Positions 12,020-22,893 are shown, counted from the first letter of the whole stretch. The stretch: DNA of 63,190 nucleotides, filler included, from Octopus bimaculoides (GCF_001194135.2; 6 parts of 6 records of this genome joined end to end with filler, not necessarily neighbours in it); one strand, 5' to 3'. Notes: generated from the sequence alone by a model not told the origin. Translations and numbers: made by a program.

Positions 12020-12748
12020 GAATATGTGGAGATGGACAAGAAACAATAAATCATATTATCTCTGGCTGCCCAGTCCTGGCTAAGAAGGAATATATTCGCA
12101 GACACGACAGAGCTGTGACCTATATACACTGGAAGCTATGCCAACACTATGGAATAACAACAGAAAAAAGATGGTATAAACCCACGCCAGAAAAGGTCAC
12201 AGAAAACGAGAAAGCAACCATACTCTGGGATATGCCAATACACANNNNNNNNNNNNNNNNNNNNNNNNNNNNNNNNNNNNNNNNNNNNNNNNNNNNNNNN
12301 NNNNNNNNNNNNNNNNNNNNNNNNNNNNNNNNNNNNNNNNNNNNNNNNNNNNNNNNNNNNNNNNNNNNNNNNNNNNNNNNNNNNNNNNNNNNNNNNNNNN
12401 NNNNNNNNNNNNNNNNNNNNNNNNNNNNNNNNNNNNNNNNNNNNNNNNNNNNNNNNNNNNNNNNNNNNNNNNNNNNNNNNNNNNNNNNNNNNNNNNNNNN
12501 NNNNNNNNNNNNNNNNNNNNNNNNNNNNNNNNNNNNNNNNNNNNNNNNNNNNNNNNNNNNNNNNNNNNNNNNNNNNNNNNNNNNNNNNNNNNNNNNNNNN
12601 NNNNNNNNNNNNNNNNNNNNNNNNNNNNNNNNNNNNNNNNNNNNNNNNNNNNNNNNNNNNNNNNNNNNNNNNNNNNNNNNNNNNNNNNNNNNNNNNNNNN
12701 NNNNNNNNNNNNNNNTGAAAGCACGTTATAAAAATAAAACTACTGAAC

Positions 12749-12813
<65 letters not shown>

Positions 12814-12843
12814 TAATAATGATAATAATGATGATAATAATAA
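12019..12843 (+). mobile_element. 5'-truncated R4/Dong-clade LINE spanning a gap, between (AAT)n arrays
   Basis: Translation RICGDGQETINHIISGCPVLAKKEYIRRHDRAVTYIHWKLCQHYG..WYKPTPEKVTENEKATILWDMPIH, which contains the end of the CCHC knuckle plus the RHD motif. The family 3' end aaagcacgttataaaaataaaactactgaac plus (AAT)n lies after the gap. Confidence 0.88.
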
Positions 12844-12859
12844 CTGGTGGGAACACAAA

Positions 12860-13190
12860 CTACCGCCAGTGCTCGAAAATGGTCCCATTTCACTCATCTG
12901 GAACTTCACCATTCAAACTGACAGGAAGACAGATGCAAATAGGTCAGACATGATATCGAAAGACTGTCTCAATCGACATAGAGGTATCTGTCAAGACTTA
13001 CCAAACAAACTGAGCAAGTATAAAGATCTTGAAATAGAAATTAGTAAAATGTGGAACTTGAAGACTAAAACAATACCTGTTGTCATAGATGCCCTAGGAA
13101 TGATAGCAAAGGGGGCTGATTGCTACCTAGCTCAGATTCCAGGAAACCCCAAAATGGCAGAAATTCAAAAGATAGTGCTTATATGAACTG
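12860..13190 (+). mobile_element. R4/Dong-clade LINE restriction-like endonuclease fragment, second subfamily
   Basis: ENGPISLIWNFTIQTDRKTDANRSD...KLSKYKDLEIEISKMWNLKTKTIPVVIDALGMI...IQKIVL. NRSD is a degenerate NRPD motif. Confidence 0.88.
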
Positions 13191-13430
13191 GGGACAGTAT
13201 CAGAAGTTATCAAGAGGCATATAAAGGAAATCGGAATAGAGTGCCCAGTTGAACTGTAACAAAACGTTTGCCTCCTTGGCACGGCCAGAATAATCAGGGA
13301 AATATTAGATAATTGAAAAGAACAGATAGCATGGCACCGTAGACTGCAGGCAGCAACCCCGCTACGCATGCAAGACTCCAGGAGTCCCAACAAAACCTCA
13401 GTTAATAATAATAGTAATAATAACTCCACA
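13190..13430 (+). mobile_element. R4/Dong-clade LINE C-terminus, 3' UTR and AAT tail, third subfamily
   Basis: Translation GTVSEVIKRHIKEIGIECPVEL*QNVCLLGTARIIREILDN*, then a UTR ending in taataat repeats. Confidence 0.7.
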
Positions 13431-13441
13431 TTTGAGTTACC

Positions 13442-13492
<51 letters not shown>

Positions 13493-13730
13493 GGGACCTT
13501 TTGAGCGGAATGGGCTACTCAACCTGAAGAAAATTCTAACTGGGCCCCACCTGCGAGGTCATGCGCTGTTTATCTTGATATGAGATCACCATGTCGCGCA
13601 CATATGGTTGTGATGCATGTGCCCGGTCTACCCTTATCAGACGGGTAGTCATGATGGATATAATGGACTTTGTATATTTTACCCCAGTGTCACTTTGATG
13701 TTATGCACTGCTCTCTCACTCAATAATAAT
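13493..13730. mobile_element. Unclassified interspersed repeat of about 240 bp embedded in (AAT)n
   Basis: Complex sequence flanked by AAT repeats on both sides. I recall it as a common octopus repeat, but it is single-copy in this window. Confidence 0.4.
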
Positions 13731-14301
13731 AATAGTAACGACGGGTGTCGCATTGTATTATTCTTCAGCAACTCAGAATCTATTTCAGGCCTATAAATAT
13801 GTTGCCGATATTAAATATTCTTTTACATACCTCAGCTGTTAAGACGACGAACTAACGTCCTACGTGACGTTCTGCTTGCTTTATATTGTTGAAATTCAGT
13901 CTATCCGCTTTTTGATTTTTGTACTAATTTTAGTCTGTTTAATAATAACTCCACACTTCACTTTCGCAATCAAAAATGGTAGTTTTGCTTTCATCTGACG
14001 AGCGTGCTAATTACGCCATGAAACACTGAAATAATTATCTCGCAATAGATCTAAATATGTTTTAAACATTCAAATATAATTCTTGGATATAGTTTCACGT
14101 ACTTAACTATTTGCTAATTTATCTGCGTGATGTCTCATATAGTTTGACTGTATCTTCTTTTATTACTATTTACTAGATTAACTGTCACTCGTAAACGAAT
14201 ANNNNNNNNNNNNNNNNNNNNNNNNNNNNNNNNNNNNNNNNNNNNTTAATTAATTAANNNNNNNNNNNNNNNNNNNNNNNNNNNNNNNNNNNNNNNNNNN
14301 N

Positions 14302-14495
14302 AAAAACACCAGGACTTACAAATATATATAACATACAGAAAATTGCGCTACTGGGTACTGCACACATTCTACGCAAAACACTTTCAATACAGTAAACATA
14401 AGAGCACCACAGCAAACCACAGCACATACCCAAGGCGCACAGAGCTGCGCTCGGTAGTGAAGTGAAAGCACGTTATAAAAATAAAACTACTGAAC

Positions 14496-14551
<56 letters not shown>

Positions 14552-14567
14552 TAATAATAATAATAAT

Positions 14568-14605
<38 letters not shown>
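14302..14605 (+). mobile_element. R4/Dong-clade LINE 3' end with (AAT)n tail
   Basis: KTPGLTNIYNIQKIALLGTAHILRKTLSIQ* plus 3' UTR; near-identical to 21985-22180. Confidence 0.88.
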
Positions 14606-14608
<3 letters not shown>

Positions 14609-14799
14609 TCGACCTACCACTCTATACATTGATCTTCTTTGCTCTACACGTCGGGAAGACACACGGTAAGAAAAAAAAACTGAGAGAAGAAAATCTCATA
14701 ACAATAATAGTAATAACCACAAGATAAAATACCAGCTAAATTAGCATGCACTAGCGTATTGCTGTTGTTGTTGTTGTTATTATTATCATCATCATTATT

Positions 14800-15000
14800 A
14801 TTCGGTAGTCGTATTTTGATAAAGTGCCTTCACTGCACTACCGAGCGCAGCTCTGTGTGTCTTGGATTTGTGCTGTGGTTTGCTGTGATGCTCTTATTTT
14901 TATTGTATTGAAAGTGTTTTACGTAGGATGTGTGCGGAGCCTAGTAGTGCTATTTTCTGTATGATATATATACTTGTAAGTCTTGGTGTATTTGTCTGAA
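14800..15000 (-). mobile_element. R4/Dong-clade LINE 3' end, inverted and diverged
   Basis: Reverse complement of the same ORF end and 3' UTR, abutting (ATT)n/(GTT)n. Confidence 0.82.
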
Positions 15001-15312
15001 TTTTTTTTTTTCCTCATACAGAATATTCTGTAAGCATCCTTCAAAGAAGAATGTTAACCATAGTTCTATAAGCTCAAAATAACCATGAAGAAGTTCTGCC
15101 CCATATAGCTTTAAAAAAATGATACCTTTCTTAGCATATAACCAAATGGTTAAAATCGTACATCAATTAGGCGTTAGAACTGAAACATATATGTAGGTTT
15201 TTTTTTTTCAGATTTGAGCTTTACAACTTATAATGTATTTGTATTGTTATGTCTTTTGAAGAATATTCGACATATTATATAATTCCTACTGTGGAGTTAA
15301 CTTCCTCGAATT

Positions 15313-15346
<34 letters not shown>

Positions 15347-15941
15347 NNNNNNNNNNNNNNNNNNNNNNNNNNNNNNNNNNNNNNNNNNNNNNNNNNNNNN
15401 NNNNNNNNNNNNNNNNNNNNNNNNNNNNNNNNNNNNNNNNNNNNNNNNNNNNNNNNNNNNNNNNNNNNNNNNNNNNNNNNNNNNNNNNNNNNNNNNNNNN
15501 NNNNNNNNNNNNNNNNNNNNNNNNNNNNNNNNNNNNNNNNNNNNNNNNNNNNNNNNNNNNNNNNNNNNNNNNNNNNNNNNNNNNNNNNNNNNNNNNNNNN
15601 NNNNNNNNNNNNNNNNNNNNNNNNNNNNNNNNNNNNNNNNNNNNNNNNNNNNNNNNNNNNNNNNNNNNNNNNNNNNNNNNNNNNNNNNNNNNNNNNNNNN
15701 NNNNNNNNNNNNNNNNNNNNNNNNNNNNNNNNNNNNNNNNNNNNNNNNNNNNNNNNNNNNNNNNNNNNNNNNNNNNNNNNNNNNNNNNNNNNNNNNNNNN
15801 NNNNNNNNNNNNNNNNNNNNNNNNNNNNNNNNNNNNNNNNNNNNNNNNNNNNNNNNNNNNNNNNNNNNNNNNNNNNNNNNNNNNNNNNNNNNNNNNNNNN
15901 NNNNNNNNNNNNNNNNNNNNNNNNNNNNNNNNNNNNNNNNN

Positions 15942-15983
<42 letters not shown>

Positions 15984-16234
15984 CAAATAATATATGTATA
16001 TATGTGCATATATACAGATGTCTGTCTACATACTTACATCTATACATATATATGTATATGCATATGTAGGCACAGGACGTCACGAAACGTGTACAACAAA
16101 AAGTTTGAGTACATGGAATATGAACCATTTTTTCGAACAACGAAAAACACAAATGGGAAACAAGACAAACAACATAAAGAACGACCCTTCATCGGTTGTT
16201 GGCTGTTTTTCTACTCTCGTATTTCGAGCATGCC

Positions 16235-16266
<32 letters not shown>

Positions 16267-16591
16267 GGCAATTTCTGTCTGTCTGTCCGTCTGTCTGTTA
16301 CCATCTTACTGCCTAAAAAAACCGAACGTTGCTTGCATGTTACACTAGCATCCAGTTCAATAATAGGTTAACTGGGTCTCAATAAAAATTTATGATGTAC
16401 CTACTACACCATGGGCGTTGGGCGAATTATATAATGAAATTAGAAAGTTTCAAAAAGTCTGACGTAGTAACAGAGAGCGGGTGACTTATATCAGTGAAGG
16501 CGAGAACAACGGTGAAAATGGGATGATAACATTAATAAAACTGTCATATACACGTGATGTTACATACATACTTTCGTAAGTACATAGATAC

Positions 16592-16592
<1 letters not shown>

Positions 16593-16672
<80 letters not shown>
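16593..16672. repeat. (CA)n microsatellite
   Basis: Directly visible. Confidence 0.98.
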
Positions 16673-16674
<2 letters not shown>

Positions 16675-16909
16675 CAAGGTGGGTGTGAGAAATACGTAGC
16701 TTTAAGGGGAGAGGGGACAGGTAGCTTTTCTGTTGTCCATCGCAAAGAAACATTCACATACAGACACACATACACATATACATACATATATATCATATAT
16801 ATAAGTGTGTGTGTGTGTGTGTGTGTGTGTGCATACATACGTACATACATACATATGTCTGCTATACACCATTTTAAACTCGTGATTACCTGTGTGTTCG
16901 TTTGTAAGA

Positions 16910-16950
<41 letters not shown>

Positions 16951-18009
16951 CATTCTATAACTGACTGTCTCTCTACTTTGTAGGGTCTTCCCTGTTGCTG
17001 TGACATGTGAGATTTTAAAATTACATCAAAATTTTCAAATTTGGTATACTGAAATAATTTTTCACGTTAAATCCGATTTTGTCATTTATTTGTTCCTAAC
17101 AACCAGTTGAATTATAGGTGAATTGGATTTCGATAAAAAAAAATCTATAATGAGCCCTCTAAGGAGTGGGGTTGTAGCACATCATTAGAAACCAGCTACG
17201 ATAAGCTATGACAGGGACAACTTCTGCTACAATACGCGGAATATTTGTCGATGTATCTGTAAATCTATCTATTTAGCTAATTTATTTTACTCAGATGCAA
17301 AGTCGCTTGTTAAAATCATATAGGGACATTCCGTATTCATCCTATAATCGAATTAATAGGTTGTAATACCTACTTTTAATAACAGACTACTACCATAAAC
17401 GACGGATTGGGCATAACGACTGGAGCTGATCAGGAAACGCAGTAGGACATGGAACAGTGTAATGTTAAACGGGAAGTGGAGATAACCTCCACTTTCCTGG
17501 TATTACCGTTCAATTCATTTATTATACTCAGATTCATAATCGTTTGTTAATATAATGTAGAGACATTCCTTATTCACTCACTATTTTTAGCAATAAACTA
17601 TTACCAGAAAGGTTAATAAAATATTTAATGGCTTAATTAACCCTGATTCTAAAATTTATATATTGACATAGGATTGGGGATAGGAATGGGAGCGGAACTA
17701 AAACGGGAACTGAAGAGGGGATGGATAGGAATTAACCCCTGCTTTTCTAGATATTATCTGGTAATTCAGCTAGTATGTGAATGAATGAATGAATGAATGA
17801 ATGAATAAATAAATATGTGTGTGTGTGTTTGTATGTTTTTTTATGTATGCATATATGTAAGTATGTTCCCTTCTTCTGAGCCCCCTCCTAATACAATTAG
17901 AGGGTGAATAAGGAATGTGGTTTGTAGGAGGAGGTATTTGAGTCATGCAGGCCAGGTGAGCCTTCAAAAACCTCACAGGAATCGATCTATGATAAACAAT
18001 GAACTTGCT

Positions 18010-18275
18010 ATTAAAATTCACCACAGAACATGTGCAAAAAGTGGAAGGGTGTGCCTCTCAGCTGGAGGTCTAAAAGGACTTGTTAAGAGAGTGCATATGG
18101 TGACATCTGTTTCTCCTGCCAGCCAGCACAGTTGTCCAGTGTGTAATAAAGTGTGTAAAAGCTTGGCCGGGCTTAAAAGTCTTATAAGGGCATCACATGG
18201 CAACAATAATGAATAATTTCAGTAAGTCTTCTTGGCAATGGCTTTTCTCGTGTAACGAGGGTGCAGCTATGATGT
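18010..18275 (+). mobile_element. RTE-clade LINE 3' end with two decayed C2H2-like fingers
   Basis: TCAKSGRVCLSAGGLKGLVKRVH..HSCPVCNKVCKSLAGLKSLIRASH, followed by a short UTR and a simple-repeat tail. Confidence 0.7.
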
Positions 18276-18318
18276 AAGTATGTATGCATGTATATGTATG
18301 CGTGTGTGTGTGTGTGTG

Positions 18319-19044
18319 TATTTATATGCAGTTAAGTAAGTATATGTCCGGTCATAGAGTAACCAATGGTTTCGCACCCATAAATGGTTTAGGCCCATGG
18401 ATGACTCGTCAAACTCTACAGTCAAATGCCATACAGTTCTTCAAACCTAGGGGGTAGAAATCCGTTAAGGTCAGTTAGTGACTAAACAAGGAATAAACGA
18501 TTAACAAGCCATGTGTGGCACCTCAAAGATGAAGGGTTCCCATATCATATCAAGTGGAAGATCACAGAGCAGTCGGTATCATATATTAACAGGAGCGGAC
18601 GCTGCTAGCTTTGCATAGTTGAGTGAGCAAGGATCCACAAAGACTCCCTGGAACAAGGATTATTGAATTCCCGGCAAGAAATTTACATTTTCTGTATCCC
18701 ACTCAAACGCTACCTGTTACAAGCATGATATTTCCCATTCAACGATTAGATCCGAAGTGCCCTTAGAGCTAGAAGCTAATTTAAGGGCGGATTTCTCCGG
18801 TCCCCTTTTTTTTACGCATGTGGACTGGCGTAAGGGTGATAACCCGTCCTCGCCGACCTGGATTGTTTATTCTTTGTTTACTCACTAACTAACTGACCGT
18901 AACGGATTTCTACCTCTGCAGTTTGAAGAACTATATGGCCTTCGGCTGTAGAGGCTGACGGTTCGTCCATGGGGCTAAGCGCTTTATGGATGCAAAACCA
19001 TTAGTCATTCTATGACCGGACATAGACTTAACTGCATATAAATA
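18319..19044. mobile_element. Non-autonomous fold-back element with diverged TIRs of about 180 bp
   Basis: 18319-18500 is an imperfect reverse complement of 18861-19044. Shared blocks include tatgtccggtcataga, cccatgga, gttcttcaaac and ggtagaaatccgtta. Confidence 0.85.
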
Positions 19045-19054
19045 TATTTATGTC

Positions 19055-19281
19055 TTTATTGCCTACAAGGGGCTAAACATAGAGGGGACACACAAGGACA
19101 GACAAAGAGATTAAGTCGATTACATCGACTCCAGTTTGTAACTGGTAATTATGTAATCGATACCGAAAAGATGAAAGGCAAAGTCAACCTAGGTGGAATT
19201 TGAACTCAAAACATAAAGACTGACGAAATGCCACTAAACATTTCGCCCGGCGTGCTAACGATTCTGCCAGCTCACCGCCCT
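19055..19281 (-). mobile_element. SINE family B, near full length
   Basis: Head plus tail (cctacaaggggctaaacatagagggg..gattaagtcgattacatcgac). Confidence 0.88.
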
Positions 19282-19325
19282 GCTCTGTGTTGTGTGCTTC
19301 TTTTTCGGATATATGATACACTGAC

Positions 19326-19374
<49 letters not shown>

Positions 19375-20454
19375 CAGATCAAATCAGATCTATGAATTCT
19401 GATATTCCACAGTTTTTAAAGAACAACCAATTCTAATATTCATTAGAAAACATGAAGAACTGCTCATGAATCCCTGAAAAATGCTTACTTTCAATAACAC
19501 CAGTTAAATGAATCACTATATCTAACATTTTACGGATATTCAAGGAAATCGGTTCTTTTTCTGAACCAATTTTAATATTTTCTTATATTTCAATGACTAC
19601 CAATGGTAGTTCAGCGAAAAATATAGAATATAAAAACTGTTGATACTTCACTAAGAATCTGGGAATGTGGAATATTAGATCTTTTTTCTCAATGAAAGGG
19701 ATTAAACAATATTGGAACAGTTCACAGTTCAATGAACAATTTAAAATATTAGATCTGTGGTGGGCAAGGGTAACATTTCTATAACCTACATATATACACA
19801 CACCCTTCAGACTGCCTCTCAACCACCCACCTTCTGTCTGACCATCCCATCTACGCACATGCGTAGATGGGATGGTCAACCACCCATACATACACCTTTC
19901 ACCATAGCTGCTGACCTTTCACTACGACTTTATCAGACACACAGATCACTTACATTAACACTTGTAAACAGTTAATATCGTACACCACACACACACACGC
20001 TACCATGCGCGCACACACACATGCTCACAGTTACTGTCACACATACACACACATATGGTATCAAACCCACATACCTCCACCACACGCACACAGACACTCA
20101 ATTATTGCTACACATACGCTTTCATACACACACGCTATCACACCCATACCCACATTCCACTGCATACCCAGCCACACATACACAGAGACACCAACCATTC
20201 TCCTGTCCCAGAAAGCACTTTCTCTTTGTCCATCTACTTTTTGTATTTTCCATAACGTAACTACACGTGGAATGTTGGTGATTCTTTTCCTTCTTCCTTT
20301 CCTTTTGGACTTTCTTATGTCTCCTGTTTCCGAAGGAGAGCTATGCTCGAAACGTAAAACATCTCTTCTTTCTTTCGTTCTCTGAGTGTCTTATTAATAG
20401 TTTGCATGTACCGCATCCTCGCGTTTCTTTTTCTTGTCTTTTTAATCCGTTTTT

Positions 20455-20486
<32 letters not shown>

Positions 20487-20561
20487 TTTTATACTGTGAA
20501 ACTTAATTTAATTTTAATTTCTAATAAATTGAATTTAATTGAGTTTTTACCTGTAAATTTG

Positions 20562-20810
20562 GATATATACCAGGGATGGTAAGCCTGGTATCATTTTCAA
20601 ATAGGTTTCAGTACCCTTTTTTTTTTATCATTCCTAGAGATCCTACAATCACTGGTATGGTAGTCGCCTTGAGATGCCACATTTTTTTCAATTTCTATTA
20701 GCAAGTCTTTATATTTACTGATCTTGTCAAATTCTTTCGCCGCTATATTGTGATCGCAAGGAATATTCATGTCAGTTATGTATGATTATTATTATTATTA
20801 TTATTATTAG
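20562..20810 (-). mobile_element. R4/Dong-clade LINE endonuclease fragment
   Basis: Minus-strand translation ITDMNIPCDHNIAAKEFDKISKYKDLLIEI..MWHLKATTIPVIVGSLGMI..GTETYLKMIPGLPSL, with frameshifts. The 5' end abuts (AAT)n. Confidence 0.8.
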
Positions 20811-20859
20811 AAAGTTAAAGAAGTGATTTTAAATTCTCAATCGCAGAATAATGCTAATA

Positions 20860-21065
20860 ATATAGCCTGAACAGGATAAACTATCCCTATTTTGCAGAGA
20901 AAAGTGTAGGTGGCTAGCTGTGAACTCGAACTCACATCCCCGTCATTACATGTGACGATGCTTTGACCGATTAAGCTAAACTACCCAATACAAATTCCTC
21001 TGCAAATTAAGATATATAAATCTCGTTTTATGAGACGCTCTCATATGTTAAATTCAAATTATGCT
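20860..21065 (-). mobile_element. Second, diverged copy of the tRNA-containing repeat
   Basis: caggataaa..ttgcaga..tcgaactcacat..taaact.ccca..aattc.tctgcaa..tta.gagacgct..gttaaattcaa, collinear with 2520-2715. Confidence 0.65.
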
Positions 21066-21149
21066 AAATTCGAATTTTCGTTGACAGAGTGTATTGTAAG
21101 CTTATTATACACTCTGTCTTCCCTATCAATCATTTAAATTATACTAAAT

Positions 21150-21275
21150 GTGCAACCTGGTGTTTTTGTTATGTATTTGTCTGAATATTTTTTATTATAC
21201 CTAATGCGCCTACTATGATAGGAATTGTTTCTGCTTTTAGATTCCACATTTGAGTTACCTCTATTTCCAAGTATG
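21150..21275 (-). mobile_element. R4/Dong-clade LINE fragment joined to the inverted hammerhead-SINE body
   Basis: LEIEVTQMWNLKAETIPIIVGALGII..DKYITKTPG. Confidence 0.85.
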
Positions 21276-21289
21276 AGCAGAATTTAGGC

Positions 21290-21441
21290 TAGTTGAAATA
21301 TACAGTTCTATATTTAAGAGATGAGGAATTGTGTACATTATTTACATTCAACGGATATTTGTCCTCATCTTGTTTGTTGTTAACACAACGTTCCGGCTGA
21401 TATACCCTCCAGCCTCCATCAGGTGTCTTGGGGAAATTTCC
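21290..21441 (-). mobile_element. Hammerhead-SINE body, inverted copy with a mutated core
   Basis: Reverse complement of 21382-21427 reads gacac-ctgatgg-a-ggctg..cagcc-ggaac-gtt-gtgtt, which has two core substitutions. Confidence 0.8.
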
Positions 21442-21453
21442 ATAATTGCCCAT

Positions 21454-21524
21454 GGTTATATGGCGTAGTGGTTAAGAGCTCGGGCTAGTAACCCCAAGAA
21501 TCCGAATTCGATTCCAGGCAGTGA

Positions 21525-21594
<70 letters not shown>

Positions 21595-21852
21595 GACAAC
21601 AACAACAACAACAACAGCAACAACAAAATAATAATAATAATAATAATAATAACAACAACAACAACAACAACAATAACATCGAAAGATACCTTAGGAATGA
21701 GAACCCAGGTTCAAAATTTCCCCAAGACACCTGATGAAGGTTGGAGGGTATATCAGCCGGAACGTTGTGTTAACAACAAACAAGATGAGGGCAAATATCC
21801 GTTGAATGTAAATAATGTAAATAGTTCCTCATCTCTTAAATATAGAACTGTA
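21454..21852 (+). mobile_element. tRNA-headed SINE-like element: tRNA-like head, (AAT)n/(AAC)n tract, body carrying a hammerhead motif
   Basis: Head has A box TGGCGTAGTGG (21461-21471) and a B-box-like AATTCGATTCC. A microsatellite follows at about 21529-21676. The body contains GACAC-CTGATGA-A-GGTTG..CAGCC-GGAAC-GTT-GTGTT (21726-21771); this copy has GGAA in place of GAAA. Confidence 0.75.
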
Positions 21853-21879
21853 TATTTCAACTAGCCTAAATTCTGCTCA

Positions 21880-22180
21880 TACCTGGAAATAGAGGTAACT
21901 CGAATGTGGAATCTAAAGACAGAAATAATTCCTATTATAGTAGGTGCATTAGGTATAATAAAAAAATATTCAAACAAATACATAACAAAAACACCAGGAC
22001 TTACAAATATATATAACATACAGAAAATTGCACTACTGGGTACTGCACACATCCTACGCAAAACACTTTCAATACAGTAAACATAAGAGCACCACAGCAA
22101 ACCACATCACATACCCAAGGCGCACAGAGCTGCGCTCGGTAGTGAAGTGAAAGCACGTTATAAAAATAAAACTACTGAAC

Positions 22181-22258
<78 letters not shown>
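21880..22258 (+). mobile_element. R4/Dong-clade LINE 3' end: ORF C-terminus, 3' UTR and (AAT)n tail
   Basis: LEIEVTRMWNLKTEIIPIIVGALGIIKKYSNKYITKTPGLTNIYNIQKIALLGTAHILRKTLSIQ*, then UTR and tail. Confidence 0.9.
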
Positions 22259-22259
<1 letters not shown>

Positions 22260-22405
22260 GCATTGAAAAATACTTTAGGAATGAGAACCCAGGTCCGAAA
22301 TTTCCCCAAGACACCTGATGAAGGCTGGAGGGTATATCAGCTGAAACGTTGTGTTAACAACAAAGATGAGGACAAATATCCGTTGAATGTAAATAATGTA
22401 AATAG
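22259..22405 (+). mobile_element. Hammerhead-SINE body without head, following an (AAT)n tract
   Basis: Near-identical to 21677-21825. Confidence 0.8.
22310..22355 (+). ncRNA. Minimal type I hammerhead motif, intact core, GUU triplet
   Basis: GACAC / CTGATGA-A / GGCTG-gagggtatat-CAGCT / GAAAC-GTT / GTGTT. Stem I is 5 bp, stem II is 5 bp, stem III is the palindrome ACGT with no loop. Confidence 0.7.
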
Positions 22406-22792
22406 TTGAAATATGCTTGTGATATATTTCAACTGCTAAAAAGCATTGCATTGCAGTTATCTCTCTTATGGTAAAAAGCTGTGAAAAATCGTTTTTATGT
22501 TCAGTATTAGGAATCTCAAAATAGACGTTGCGAGCTATTTCCGCTCTCATCAATGAGATGTACCTAAGAGAGGTAACTTTGAACTAATTTAGAGACCTAT
22601 AGCTTTATGTATAATCCAGTCAATACATTGACTGATTTGTGCTAGTAGATCGCCCGACATAAATAACGAAGCGTTAGCGCGAAGCAGCGTTTATTTATTA
22701 TAAGAGATTTATTCTCCACGGTAACTGAGTGTATTTGCTTTTAGCAGTTGAAATATGTCTGTGACGTATTTCAACTAGCCTAAATTCTGCTC
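22404..22792. mobile_element. Unclassified element with a palindromic hairpin at each end
   Basis: AGTTGAAATAT-gcttgtgat-ATATTTCAACT (22404-22434) and AGTTGAAATA-tgtctgtgacg-TATTTCAACT (22746-22776). The inner flanks gctaaaaagc and gcttttagc are inverted. Confidence 0.55.
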
Positions 22793-22829
22793 TTATGTAC
22801 ATAAATACATACATACATGCATACATACA

Positions 22830-22893
<64 letters not shown>

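Noticed and set aside
14246-14257. TTAATTAATTAA islands inside N runs (also 22938-22949, 42925-42936, 53262-53273, 58972-58983)
   Set aside because: The same 12-mer is centred between 44-N blocks (100 bp in total) and gives stop codons in all six frames. It is an assembly gap linker, not biology.
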